In this document: positions 27,862 through 37,892 of the stretch, in pieces
Layout: each line of letters starts with the position of its first letter
Position numbering within the stretch: position 1 is the stretch's first letter
Origin: Thermoanaerobaculia bacterium
Lineage (GTDB): Bacteria > Acidobacteriota > Thermoanaerobaculia > Multivoradales > UBA5704
Reading direction: 5' to 3'
Assembly: GCA_035995205.1 (NCBI GenBank)
Contig: DASYKS010000102.1
Coordinates: forward strand, 3,069-67,068
DNA: 64,000 nt
The notes under the pieces: model-generated
What the model was told of the DNA's origin: nothing
Seen by the model: only the letters and a program-made list of their open reading frames with translations
The model's database searches: none
Made by a program: the position numbers and the translations under genes

Positions 27862-30800
27862 TCACGGCTTGAGAAGATCCTGAATGGCCCTCAATACAAC
27901 ATGCCGTTCTCGGGGGAGAAGAATAAGGTCGGCGCCCGCAGCCTGCCATACGGCCTGACCGAAAGCCATGGGTTGAAACCCCTTCACCATCGCTTCCAGT
28001 CCCTCTCGGACTACTCGCTCTGCTGTAGTTGTTTTGACGTCTTGCAGCGCCACGGCCTTGACAGCACGAACCAGCATTCGGGCCGAAGAATGGGCATCCA
28101 TCGGCGGACCAGCCAACAGGGAAAAAACTTCACGCGTGGTCTGCAGCGGTCGGCCAGGCGCGAGGGCTTCCACTAGAACTTCGGGTGACAATTCGATTCG
28201 GTAGTAATGGCGCTCAGCCATGTTCACTAACATCTTGTCACGTTCGCGCGCAGCTAATACTCCTTCTTCTGCCAGTACCTGGATCAGCGATATCGTCGAA
28301 AATGAAGAGAGCCCCAAGCCATTGCAGACTTTCCTCAAGCCCAAGTCATCGGCAAAGAGCACACCCGGCACGAACATCGCCAGCTCAAGCGCGTGGCTTG
28401 AACTTTCCCCCAAACCGGCCCGAGTCTCGCTGTGATCTTTCATTCGCTGATCACTAAACACTTCCAGAGGACGAGAGGCAACGGTAACGTTAGTCTCAAC
28501 CCAGTCGCGCAGTGCCAGAATCGATTCCCGTTCGCTGACGAGAGCAGGATCGCCCGGTTCCAAATGGTGGATCGCAAAGCCACGTTCGCTAGGAGAAAGG
28601 ACCGTCCAACCATTTTTAATTCGGTCCTCAGCCTCTGCGAGTTCCTCGTCGATCTCGACCCACAAAGATCTCGGGGCAAGCAGAGTTCTCTTATGCGTCA
28701 GTAGGTGCAGGTTTCCAAATGCCTGCGCTGTATGCAACGCTGACCGAGAGAGGATCGTTGGGAGCTGGGACCTGGCGGCATCCCTTGAGGCAAGCCTTCC
28801 CTCGTCGTGAAACTCTACATAGAACGGTCCCTCTCCTCCGAGCCGACTTAACTTCGCAATAAGGTCTGGCACCGTCACGCCGGCGAATTTCGCGAACAGA
28901 CCGAGGGGAAGGCATTTCTCATAATATAACGTCAAAAGTTCCTTTTGGTGCCGTTCTCGTTCGTGAGCCGAGCCAATTAGCGGTTGAAATTCATTGACGC
29001 CGGGGTTCTCCATATTGAAGCTGAAGCTCGTCACGAAAAATGCTGCGCCAAGAAATCGTCTCCCGTAGTTCCCGATGATGTCGTTTACGAGGTACCTGAC
29101 GACGGATTGGACTTGCTCGACCTGCCACTGGCTTTCGAAGAAGGTACCCTTGTCGCGAGTGATCACCTCCCCAATGCGAAGTCCAAGAACGCCAGCTGTT
29201 TGAGCATCTTGCACTGTAATTTCGTTTGGTAGCCGCGATGCCGCGGGAGCCGCAAATATCACATACTCCGAGGTCTTGTTGTCCCCTTCTCTGAGAAGAA
29301 CATGGGTGTCGGGTCCCACGCAATCTACCTCGACAGGTGCCGACTTCGTCTGGAGAACCATAGAGGCAAAGGCCCGATTTAGATCTGCATCGTGAGGGAG
29401 ATCCCTGAATGCCCTCATTCCCTCTTGAATTGCTGTGGCCGAATCACCAAGCTTTGAGAGTAGCTGGGCCAACCACATCCTTTCTCGCGGCGTTAACTCG
29501 GGGTTTGAGACGAGAGCGCGCGAGTGGAATCTCGCGCGATCGTGTTCATTGAGCTCCACAAGGGTTTGGGCAAGCATCAGGCGGCCACTGAAGGTTGTCA
29601 CACCTCGGCTAAATAAATCTTCAAGATGTGCGGCGCCACTTTTCGGATCATTCCGCCGGAGCGCGATCTGCGCTGCAAACCCTAATGCCCAATTTGGCAT
29701 GGGTCCTTTTTCTGCTCGATGTTCGAGCACTTCATGGGCCTCAAATAGTCGATCCGACAAGACCAACGCCTGCACGAACATTCGTTCTGCGGTCTCGGTA
29801 AGGGGACCCGCCTCTCGAAACACTTCCGCCGCCGCGTTCTCCCTCTTGGCTTGCAGCAGGCGCGAGCCGAGTTCAATCAGGTGTTCTGCTCGAAGCGCTG
29901 GGTCTAATTCAATCGCTTTACGGTATTGGCTCTCCGCCTCACTCAGGTCATTCTCGAGTACCGCAATTCGAGCAAGCGTAATGATGTGAGGTACAGAAGG
30001 CGCACGTTCACCCGAAGACATCTCACTAACCAACTTCTTAGCAAGGGCCACATCGGAAAGGAACAGTGCGGCTTCGGCGGCCGCCGCTCTAAGAACATCA
30101 GGTTCAGGCGCCGCTGCAATTGCCTGTAGAACAGCGTCGAGGTCACGCCTCGCTTTTTCCGCCTGCCCAATTCGCGCAAGTAGACAGGCACGCATTGCAA
30201 GTAACCAAGGACTATTTTCGACCACTGGTCCAACGAGAATCTCAAGCGCTCCGGCCTCGTCGCCAACCTGAACGCGAGTCGCTGCGGCGGTTTCCAATGC
30301 ACGGGTATTGTCAGGCCGAAGTGAATGAGCTCGCTCGCTATCCTCTTGGGCGTCAGTCAGGTTACCTAGAATTCTACGGGCCAGGCTTCGGTTCACCAGC
30401 GCTCGTTGTGTTCGAGCGGTAGAGAGACTCGCTTCGCCGTCCAAGACTTCGCTGCACAAGCGCTCCGCTTCCTGGGCACGAGGTAGGCGCTCTCCGTCTC
30501 CTGCGCTTTCGATATCAGCAATGAGAGTATCAGCGCGCAGCAGCAAGGCGTGAGCAGATCTGTCGCCCTCTTTGATCAACGATGCGATGACATCACGGGC
30601 CTGAGCCACCTCTCCGCTAGAGAGATGAATTTCAGCAAGGCCAAGTCGAAACTCGGAGGACGAAGCGATATCAGGGGGGATATCGATAGGCGGCTGGCCA
30701 GGCATTAAAGACAGCTGGAATCGAATCCCCCAAGCGTGCGGAGACTGTGGAGTCTTTGTGGTGGCACGTGCGGCGGTCGCGATCGCAGAGTCAGTGTCCC

Positions 30801-31752
30801 CACAAAGTGTTTGAGCTTGGGCCAGATTGACTAGCGCATTAATTCCTTCGGGATCATGATCGAGGGCCCTTTGAGCCGAATGGAGGGCATCTTGATATCG
30901 GCCCAACAGCAGAAAGGCAGTGGCTTTGTGCTGGCTAATCCTGTAAATAACTTGACCGTCTTGAATACCACTATTCCTGAAATCGGACTCGACCTCTATC
31001 AACAGGGAGAGCGCAAGTTCGGGCTCGTCGTCTCCCAGTAACTTTTTTGTGTGCCGAAGGTCGTCGTGCCATTTTCGCGTCCGACGAGGAGGTCGGACGG
31101 CTATGTTTGCCTTGGCTAGGACGTCGAGCAATGCTTGTTTAGTGCGCCGAGACTTTTCGGAGCACATAAGTGCGGCTTCTTTCTCCAGAATTGCCCAGGC
31201 AGCGACAGCTTGAGTCTCGTCTTCCAGGCTATCGGTTAGGATCTCAAGCGCTCTCGTAGCTGCCTCATCGGAATGCCTATCCAGATCAAGTGTAAGGATA
31301 TGAGTTCGCAGAGAAACATCTTTAGCCCGCTCTTTGAGAGCGGATAATATGTTTCGCGTTATATCCTTCAAGCTGTCCTGGCATCCAGATCGAAGTCGCT
31401 TCAGATCTCGCCACAAGTCATTTCGAATAGCCCGGCTTGAGGTTGAATCGACTATTAGCAGAACGGAAGTGGGGTCATCATGCCTGGAAGCATCACGGAT
31501 TGCCTCAAATGCCTCAATGCACTTCTGGGGCTTTAGCCCATGTTTTGCCTGGATTTCGAAAGGCGCCGTTCCAGCTCTAAGCTCAACTCGGGCGTCATCT
31601 CCGGGCCCCAGAACCTCGCCCGCGACTGCCGAGGGGGTATCATCGGCGAGAGATAGCCATCGGAGCTTCGTTTCCGTCAATACGTGGACGAAAACGTACG
31701 CAATGACGCTCGCTTGGTAATTGGTGCCCGCAAATGTGCCGTCGCCGCTCAC
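27862..31752 (-). CDS. large TPR repeat-containing protein of unknown function (1296 aa) in low-GC island
   Basis: Single uninterrupted ORF; GTG start with GGAGGA 4 nt upstream. N-terminal ~250-aa globular domain (MSGDGTFAGTNYQASVIAYVF...). Central TPR/alpha-solenoid region (about residues 280-800). ~450-aa C-terminal domain without a motif I recognise. No Walker A. Confidence 0.8.
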   Translation of the reverse strand: MSGDGTFAGTNYQASVIAYVFVHVLTETKLRWLSLADDTPSAVAGEVLGPGDDARVELRAGTAPFEIQAKHGLKPQKCIEAFEAIRDASRHDDPTSVLLIVDSTSSRAIRNDLWRDLKRLRSGCQDSLKDITRNILSALKERAKDVSLRTHILTLDLDRHSDEAATRALEILTDSLEDETQAVAAWAILEKEAALMCSEKSRRTKQALLDVLAKANIAVRPPRRTRKWHDDLRHTKKLLGDDEPELALSLLIEVESDFRNSGIQDGQVIYRISQHKATAFLLLGRYQDALHSAQRALDHDPEGINALVNLAQAQTLCGDTDSAIATAARATTKTPQSPHAWGIRFQLSLMPGQPPIDIPPDIASSSEFRLGLAEIHLSSGEVAQARDVIASLIKEGDRSAHALLLRADTLIADIESAGDGERLPRAQEAERLCSEVLDGEASLSTARTQRALVNRSLARRILGNLTDAQEDSERAHSLRPDNTRALETAAATRVQVGDEAGALEILVGPVVENSPWLLAMRACLLARIGQAEKARRDLDAVLQAIAAAPEPDVLRAAAAEAALFLSDVALAKKLVSEMSSGERAPSVPHIITLARIAVLENDLSEAESQYRKAIELDPALRAEHLIELGSRLLQAKRENAAAEVFREAGPLTETAERMFVQALVLSDRLFEAHEVLEHRAEKGPMPNWALGFAAQIALRRNDPKSGAAHLEDLFSRGVTTFSGRLMLAQTLVELNEHDRARFHSRALVSNPELTPRERMWLAQLLSKLGDSATAIQEGMRAFRDLPHDADLNRAFASMVLQTKSAPVEVDCVGPDTHVLLREGDNKTSEYVIFAAPAASRLPNEITVQDAQTAGVLGLRIGEVITRDKGTFFESQWQVEQVQSVVRYLVNDIIGNYGRRFLGAAFFVTSFSFNMENPGVNEFQPLIGSAHERERHQKELLTLYYEKCLPLGLFAKFAGVTVPDLIAKLSRLGGEGPFYVEFHDEGRLASRDAARSQLPTILSRSALHTAQAFGNLHLLTHKRTLLAPRSLWVEIDEELAEAEDRIKNGWTVLSPSERGFAIHHLEPGDPALVSERESILALRDWVETNVTVASRPLEVFSDQRMKDHSETRAGLGESSSHALELAMFVPGVLFADDLGLRKVCNGLGLSSFSTISLIQVLAEEGVLAARERDKMLVNMAERHYYRIELSPEVLVEALAPGRPLQTTREVFSLLAGPPMDAHSSARMLVRAVKAVALQDVKTTTAERVVREGLEAMVKGFQPMAFGQAVWQAAGADLILLPRERHVVLRAIQDLLKP

Positions 31753-31839
31753 GCCGTCCTCCGCTTAGAAGAGGTAAGGGCAGCGTAATGCCGCCTCGCA
31801 AAGAAATCCAGCACCTGCTCTCAAAGCGCATTGCCGCGC

Positions 31840-32150
31840 CGCGATCCCGTTCGCGCCAAGCATTCCGGTGCTCGCCATAGCGGTTCTGTTCGTACAGGTA
31901 GGCACCGCCCTGCTCTTCCCCGCGACCACCGCGCTCGTTTCGCGCACGGCACCGGAAGGCGAAACCGAGCCAGGTGATGGGTGTGCAGCAGGCGTTCGGC
32001 GGCGTCGGCCGTATGCTCGGGCCGATCTGGGCCGGCAAGGCGTTCGACGTCCTCGGCCCCCAGGCGCCGTTCTGGATGGCCGCGGCTCTGATGCTCGGGG
32101 TAGGGGGCCTCAGCCGTCGGGTGGACGAGCCGCTGAAGTCGCCCAAAGAC
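31840..32150 (+). pseudogene. frameshifted fragment homologous to the last ~300 nt of the MFS transporter gene (copy B)
   Basis: Roughly 85-90% nt identity by eye to 26590-26870 (…IPVLAVAVLFVPVGTALLFPATTALVS…), in the same orientation. Reading frame broken at EGETEPGDG. Confidence 0.6.
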
Positions 32151-32299
32151 CTCGAAGAAGTACCCGCATTCCCAGTGCCGACCGAGACTCTCGACCCCCG
32201 CCACGATCCAGCCGATTCCGAGCGTCACCCAGAGGTAGGCGGGTCGACACCAGCCCCAAAAGAAACAAGGCAGGCCGTGAGGCCTGCCTTGAGGATTTC

Positions 32300-32380
<81 letters not shown>

Positions 32381-32769
32381 GTGCCCCTGTCTCCAGGGGA
32401 GCGGCAGTGTCTCATAACCGGTGAGCGGTGTCAAAGATTCCCGGGCGGGCGGGCGGTAGGGCATCCGTCAAGGTCGCCGGGAGCATGCCCAATGTAGGGG
32501 CCTCTGTTGAAATTCCGAGCACCGCGCGTCAGCTTCGGCTGACCGTCGCGGGGAAGCGCGCTAGGAATGTTCCGCAGCGGCCCGGCGTTTCGACGAAGCG
32601 AAAAAACGGTTCGCGGACTCAAAGGAAGAGCGAGCGGACACTGAGAACGGAGTTTCGGGACGCGGCTCGCCGCGTTCGCGACGCGCCACCGGTTCTCCGG
32701 CGGGGGGAACCGTGAGGCGAGACGCGGAGCAGGAGCTGAACGACAAGACAAACCCCGTCGCGGATACTA

Positions 32770-33030
32770 CCGACCCCGTCGCGCACGCTACGAACCGGTG
32801 AGCGGACGCTAGACACCACTTTCCGTACACGACCCACCGGTGAGCGGACGCTAATCACCAGTGACCGGACACTACCCACTGGTGAGCGGACACTAGCAAG
32901 AGGTGAACGGACACTACGCACCACTTTTCGCACACGACTCACCGGTGGACGGACGCTTCGGAGTGGTGTTGTGACACCAGAAACCAGTGAATGGACGCAA
33001 CTCACTGGTTTTTTGCGTCCGCGAACCACT
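32770..33030. repeat. array of ~21-bp phased direct repeats (consensus GGTGAGCGGACRCTA), 7 direct copies plus one inverted copy
   Basis: Copies at 32797, 32839, 32861, 32881, 32902, 32944 and 32987; inverted copy at 33013-33027. Spacings of 20-22 or 42 bp. Confidence 0.7.
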
Positions 33031-33049
33031 TTCTAGTGTGCGCGCACCG

Positions 33050-33260
33050 GTGTTTCGTGTTGCAACACCACTTCATTGTGTTGCAACAGTGATTTCGGCG
33101 CGCGTGACCGAGGTGATTTGTGTTGCGGGAGTGACGCCTCGTGTTGCAGCAACACAGATTTGTGTCGTGTGAACGGTCCCCGGATTCGAGAAACCGGAGG
33201 TTTGTGTTGCAGTAGCAGGGCGCGCGCCGCATCAGGGGTACTTTGTCTTGCAACTCCGAG
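33050..33260. repeat. cluster of palindromic GTGTTGCAACAC-type sites (7 copies, 2-3 perfect palindromes)
   Basis: GTGTTGCAACAC at 33057-33068; TGTTGCAACA at 33079-33088; GTGTTGCAGCAACAC at 33141-33155. Degenerate half-sites near 33118, 33159, 33204 and 33244. Confidence 0.7.
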
Positions 33261-33281
33261 GGGCCGCGTCCCATAGGGACC

Positions 33282-35705
33282 CTACTCCCCCTTGAGCGTT
33301 TCCATCGGCTGGATGCGCGCGGTCCGCGTGGCGGGGAGCCAACTCGCCAGGAAGGCCGAGGCGAGGAGGATCGCCGCCATTCCGCCGAACGTCGCCGGAT
33401 CGGCCGGCGCGACTTGGAACAGCAGGCTTCCCAGCAGCCGTCCGGCGCCGAACGCGCCCGCCGTGCCGAGGGCGAGCCCGACGGCCACGGCGGAGAGCGA
33501 GCGGCGGACGACGAACCCGCGGATTTCGCCCGGGGCGGCTCCCAGCGCCAGCCGGATCGCGAGCTCGCGCCGCCGTTGGGCGACGGTGTAGGCAACCACC
33601 CCCGCGATTCCCACGACCGCGAGCGCCAGGGCGACGAACGCGAACGCGCCGAGCAGCAGCATCGAGAACCGCCGGTCGCGCACCGAGCCCGCGATCACTT
33701 CGCCCATCGTGGCGATCGTCGCCGGCACCTCGCGGTCGCGCCGTTCGATCGCCGAACGGAGCGTCGCCGCGATGGCTCCCGGGTCGCCTTCGCCGCGCAC
33801 GACGACCGAGCCGAACGTCCGATCTTTGGGCCGCTGGGCGAGGGAGAAATAGACCGTCGGCTGCGGCGAGGCGTCGAGCGAATCGTCCTTGACGTCGCCG
33901 ACCACGCCGACCACGGTCGCCCAGACGTCGCGGTTGAAGAACTCGTCCATCCCGTTGGCGTGAACCCGTTTGCCGATTGGGTCCTGGCCCGGCCAGGCGA
34001 GCGCGGCCATCCGGCGATCGACGACCGCGACGTGGCCCGCGGTCGGCCGGTCGGCGAGCGAGAAGGTCCGGCCCCGCAACAGCGGGATCCCCATCGCCTC
34101 GAAATATCCGCGGCTCGCGAGCCGGTAGTTGACGTCGGCGGTCGGCCGCGGACCGCCCTCGACTTTGATCTGGCCGTCCGCGCCGTCGCCGCCGAGCGGC
34201 AGGCCGACCACGACGCCCGCCCGCTGGATTCCGGGCAGACCCGCGAGGTCGTCGAGCAGCCCGTCGTAGTAGGCCGCGATCTTCGCCCCGTCGGGATAGC
34301 GCGAAGGGGGCAGGTTCAGGCGCGCGGTGGCGACGCTCTCGGGCGAGAAACCGAGCTCGACCGAAAGGAGCTTGCCGAAGCTCCGGATCAGCAGCCCCGA
34401 AGAGACCGCGAGGACGAGCGCGAGCGCCACCTCGGCGGCGACCAGCGCCCGCCAGGCCCGCTGGCGATGGGCGTCGGGAGTGCCGCCCGAGCCGCGTAGC
34501 GAGCGCTCCCGCCCGGCGACCTTGAGGCCCGGAAGCAGACCGAACAGAATCGCCGTCGCGAGCGAAACGGCGAGGGTGAAGCCGAGGACCCGGGCGTCGA
34601 GGCCGACTTCGCCCAAACGGGGGAGTGCGGCGGGGGCCAGGGCAACGAGCGCCGCGATCAGCGCGCGCCCGAGCAGAGTCCCCAGCCCGGCGCCGACGAA
34701 CGCGAGGACGACGCTCTCGGTCACCAGTTGGCCGAGCAGGCGGCCGGTACCCGCGCCGAGCGCGCGGCGGATCGCCATTTCCCGCCGCCGTCCCAGGCCG
34801 CGGGCGAGCAGAGCGCTCGCGAGGTTCGCGCAGGCGATCAGAAGAACCAGGCCGGACGCGCCGAACAAGATCCACAGCGGCCGCCGGGCGGAGCCGGCGA
34901 TCACCTCGCCGAGCGGGCGGACCGAAGCGCCGACCGCCATGTACTCGCCGGCCTCGCGCGGATCGTACGGCTCAAGGCTCGCGGTGATCGCGGACAGCTC
35001 GCGTTCGGCGGCCGCGGGCGGTATCCCGCTCCGAAGGCGTCCGAGCGCCCGGTAGTTGTGCGCCGTCCGGTACGGGGTTTGCTCGTCCAGCTCGGCCGGC
35101 ACCCAGATCTCCGTCTTCTCCGGAAACGCAAAGCCGGCGGGCATCACGCCGACCACCTGATAGCGCCGCCCGAGGACGTCGAGAAACCGCCGGCCGATCG
35201 CGCCACGGTCGCCCCCGAGCTGGGTCGCGAAATACGCGTGCGAGACGACCGCCACCGGTTCGGCTCCGAGCGCGTGCTCGGCGGGCAGGGGAGCCCGCCC
35301 GAGCGAGGGAACGACGCCGAGCGCCCGGAACCAATCGCTCGAAACGGCCGCGAGCCCCACTACCTCCGCGCGGTCGCCCCCCAGTACCGTCACCGGGTTT
35401 GCCGCGTAGACCGCGAGCGCCTCGAAGCTCCGCGCGCGAGCCCGCCAGTCGGACGCGTTCGCCCACGAGCAGCGCATCCGGCCGCCGTCCTTCGCCACCT
35501 CCGAGAGCCCCACCAACCGATCCGGGCGAGGATAGGGCAGCCGCTTCAGCAGAACCGCGTCGACCACCGAAAAGGTCGCCGTGTTGGCACCGATTCCAAG
35601 CGCCAGCGTGAGCGCGGCGGCGAGGGTGAATCCGGGGCTCTTCGCGAGCTGGCGCCCGGCGAGCTTGAGATCTTGGGCGATCGAGGCGGCGAAGCGGGTG
35701 GTCAT
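33282..35705 (-). CDS. MacB-like ABC permease with duplicated FtsX domains, no adjacent ATPase (ADOP-type, acidobacterial duplicated orphan permease)
   Basis: 807 aa. N-terminal MacB_PCD-like region, then two FtsX 4-TM modules. Begins [58 protein letters not shown]. Confidence 0.85.
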   Translation of the reverse strand: MTTRFAASIAQDLKLAGRQLAKSPGFTLAAALTLALGIGANTATFSVVDAVLLKRLPYPRPDRLVGLSEVAKDGGRMRCSWANASDWRARARSFEALAVYAANPVTVLGGDRAEVVGLAAVSSDWFRALGVVPSLGRAPLPAEHALGAEPVAVVSHAYFATQLGGDRGAIGRRFLDVLGRRYQVVGVMPAGFAFPEKTEIWVPAELDEQTPYRTAHNYRALGRLRSGIPPAAAERELSAITASLEPYDPREAGEYMAVGASVRPLGEVIAGSARRPLWILFGASGLVLLIACANLASALLARGLGRRREMAIRRALGAGTGRLLGQLVTESVVLAFVGAGLGTLLGRALIAALVALAPAALPRLGEVGLDARVLGFTLAVSLATAILFGLLPGLKVAGRERSLRGSGGTPDAHRQRAWRALVAAEVALALVLAVSSGLLIRSFGKLLSVELGFSPESVATARLNLPPSRYPDGAKIAAYYDGLLDDLAGLPGIQRAGVVVGLPLGGDGADGQIKVEGGPRPTADVNYRLASRGYFEAMGIPLLRGRTFSLADRPTAGHVAVVDRRMAALAWPGQDPIGKRVHANGMDEFFNRDVWATVVGVVGDVKDDSLDASPQPTVYFSLAQRPKDRTFGSVVVRGEGDPGAIAATLRSAIERRDREVPATIATMGEVIAGSVRDRRFSMLLLGAFAFVALALAVVGIAGVVAYTVAQRRRELAIRLALGAAPGEIRGFVVRRSLSAVAVGLALGTAGAFGAGRLLGSLLFQVAPADPATFGGMAAILLASAFLASWLPATRTARIQPMETLKGE

Positions 35706-35801
35706 CTGGTGATCCCTCCGGGAGTACCTTCACTCTACGCCGGAGACCTCGCGCGGGTTACAGGGTGGGCGTGGTAGGTTAGTTTTGGAACGTTGTGAAC
35801 C

Positions 35802-36164
35802 ATGCGGCCCACGAACCCAACCACCCAGGCAATGCGCCTCCCTCCAACTTCGGAGTCCCTTCTCGACGACTCGCAGAGGCCGTATTTTCTTTGGTGGACG
35901 AACGCCACCGCTGGGGATCTCAAGGGGCATCTCGACGCCGCCGACCCGGAGGAACGCGCCTACTGGATGGGTGCCCTGCTGCGCGAGGCCAACACCCGCG
36001 ACGTTTGGCTTTTCGTGAAACCAGACGAAATCAAGGCGCTCTGGCCGCGGCTGATCCGCTATCTCGGTCGCTCGCGGGACATGTGGGCCTGGCTTCTCGA
36101 GTTCCCGAAGCCCGAGTGGCCGCCGCTCAGCCAAATCCGTGCCGATCATGCGCAAGACCTTTGA
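35802..36164 (+). CDS. small Trp-rich partner protein of NTase copy 2 (putative antitoxin-like), family unknown
   Basis: 120 aa. The core ERAYWMGALLREANTRDVWLFVKPDEIKALWPRLIRYLGRSRDMWAWLL aligns with the partners of copies 1 and 3. Confidence 0.45.
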   Translation: MRPTNPTTQAMRLPPTSESLLDDSQRPYFLWWTNATAGDLKGHLDAADPEERAYWMGALLREANTRDVWLFVKPDEIKALWPRLIRYLGRSRDMWAWLLEFPKPEWPPLSQIRADHAQDL

Positions 36165-36804
36165 TCGGCGGGTCGTCTCGGAATCCGTCCTCGCATTCGT
36201 CCGTTCCTGTCAGGAGCGGGTGCCCTGTCATTTAGGCGGAGGAGCGGCACTGGCCGGCGCCTACCTGGGGCACCGGATGACCGGCGACATCGATCTCTTC
36301 GTACATGACGCGGACGACATGCGAATCTTGGTCGATTCGCTACCCGCCCTGGTAAAGAGGGGAGGGATCTCGGTCGCCCTGCTCCGCGACGTGGGCCACC
36401 TCGTCCGCGCGCGACTTTCGGAACCGGACGGTCGTAGCGTCGAGGTCGACATCGTCCACGAACCGTCGGTCGATCTATCGGATCCCCCGCCGCCGATCGA
36501 TGGAGTGGTGGTCGAGTCACTGATGGATCTGCGAGCCAGCAAGCTGACTTGCATCCTCTCGCGTTCGGAGCCGCGAGACCTCGTCGATCTTCTGTTCCTC
36601 GATCGGGCCGGGTACCCGCCCGAGAAAGATCTGGGCCTCGCGATTCGAAAAGACGCCGGCATCGACCCAGGGGTGCTCGCGTGGCTCCTCGGTCAGTTTC
36701 CCGTGAATCCGCTGCCCGAAATGCTGGAGCCCTTGAGCCCGAAGGAACTGGAAGAGTTCCGAATCGCGCTCGCTGAGCGCCTTCGGCGCTCGACTCTGCC
36801 GTAA
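36139..36804 (+). CDS. nucleotidyltransferase, AbiEii/AbiGii (DUF1814) toxin family; copy 2
   Basis: 221 aa with LGGGAALAGAYLGHRMTGDIDLF. Overlaps its partner gene; ATG at 36148 is an alternative start. Confidence 0.75.
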   Translation: MPIMRKTFDRRVVSESVLAFVRSCQERVPCHLGGGAALAGAYLGHRMTGDIDLFVHDADDMRILVDSLPALVKRGGISVALLRDVGHLVRARLSEPDGRSVEVDIVHEPSVDLSDPPPPIDGVVVESLMDLRASKLTCILSRSEPRDLVDLLFLDRAGYPPEKDLGLAIRKDAGIDPGVLAWLLGQFPVNPLPEMLEPLSPKELEEFRIALAERLRRSTLP

Positions 36805-36839
36805 GAAGAGAAGGATGCCGCAACGACCCGCGCTGAGAC

Positions 36840-37694
36840 TCAGCGCGAGGACGGCGCGGGAGCCGCGGTGGTTGGGGGTGGCGCGACCGGCGGCGCACCC
36901 GGCGGAGCGACGGAGCGGGGCTCACTGTCAGGCTGGATGGCCGAGAAGTCGGTGCGGTAGACGCTCGGCGTGCCGCGTTCTTTGGTGAACCAGACGCCCG
37001 CGGCTGCGCCGCGGTCGTCTTTGGGATAGAACCAGCCGATCACCCCGCGGCCGAGGCCGCGCTCCAGGTATTCGCGGACGTTGTGTGGATTGGGCGCGCC
37101 GAGGAGGGCGCGGACGTCGTCCGGGCTCATGCCGTTCTTGATCTTGGCGAAACGCTCGAGCGTCACGAAGCGGGCGGCGCGAATGCGTTCGAGCTCGGCG
37201 CGCAGCTCGGCATAGCCGGGGTCGAGGGCGCGCGCGGCTTCCAGGATGTCGATCGCCCGGCGAAAGTCCCCCGCCCGCTCGACGTAGCCGCGGGCGAGAT
37301 GGATGTCCTCTTCGCTCTTCCAGCGGATCGCTTGGGCCTGGCGAGGCGAGAGCGGCTCCTTTTCGCGCGGCGGATCGTCGTTCAGGAAGGCGACCAGGCG
37401 GCGGGAGAGGTCGTCGGCGCGCCGCTCGACCTTGCGTTTCAGATCGGCCGTCGCGGGCGCCTCCGGCGCCTGGACGACGCTCTCGGCCAGGCGTTTCCTT
37501 TGTTCTAGCAGGTCGCGCCGGTCCTGCTCGATGCGCCGCCAATCCGCTTCGGCGACCAGCTGAGAGGGCTCGGGCTCCCGGGTCGACGGCGCGCAGGAGA
37601 GGGCGAACAGGGCGGCGAGGAGGCCCGCAAGGACGCGGGGGAGACCCGGAAAGCCATGGGCGAGGGTCGAGGGGGAGGAGCGAAAGTTCGGCAT
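36840..37694 (-). CDS. lipoprotein with C-terminal BamE/SmpA-OmlA domain
   Basis: Start at an internal ATG (MPNFRSS...), then LAALFALSC lipobox. Coiled-coil/TPR-like middle region. The C-terminus AKIKNGMSPDDVRALLGAPN...GVIGWFYP...VWF matches the BamE fold motif. Confidence 0.6.
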   Translation of the reverse strand: MPNFRSSPSTLAHGFPGLPRVLAGLLAALFALSCAPSTREPEPSQLVAEADWRRIEQDRRDLLEQRKRLAESVVQAPEAPATADLKRKVERRADDLSRRLVAFLNDDPPREKEPLSPRQAQAIRWKSEEDIHLARGYVERAGDFRRAIDILEAARALDPGYAELRAELERIRAARFVTLERFAKIKNGMSPDDVRALLGAPNPHNVREYLERGLGRGVIGWFYPKDDRGAAAGVWFTKERGTPSVYRTDFSAIQPDSEPRSVAPPGAPPVAPPPTTAAPAPSSR

Positions 37695-37892
37695 GTACGA
37701 GCGGACCGGACCGGTCGAGCCCCGGCGGTCGGCCAAGGGTACACGGGTCGAAAGCGGGCGGCAAGGCGCCGGGAGAACCCAACCGCCCGCCAAAGCCTCA
37801 TGAATGCTAGAGTTTCGGGGTTTCCCTCGGCTTGACAGCGCCGAGGCCGATTTCCATAATCGTTTTCGACCGAATTCGGGGGCTCCAAGAGC

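Noticed and set aside
33232-34875. 547-aa minus-strand ORF inside the ADOP permease locus
   Set aside because: It is an alternative frame of the 807-aa permease gene. The permease frame has clear FtsX/MacB features and this frame has none.
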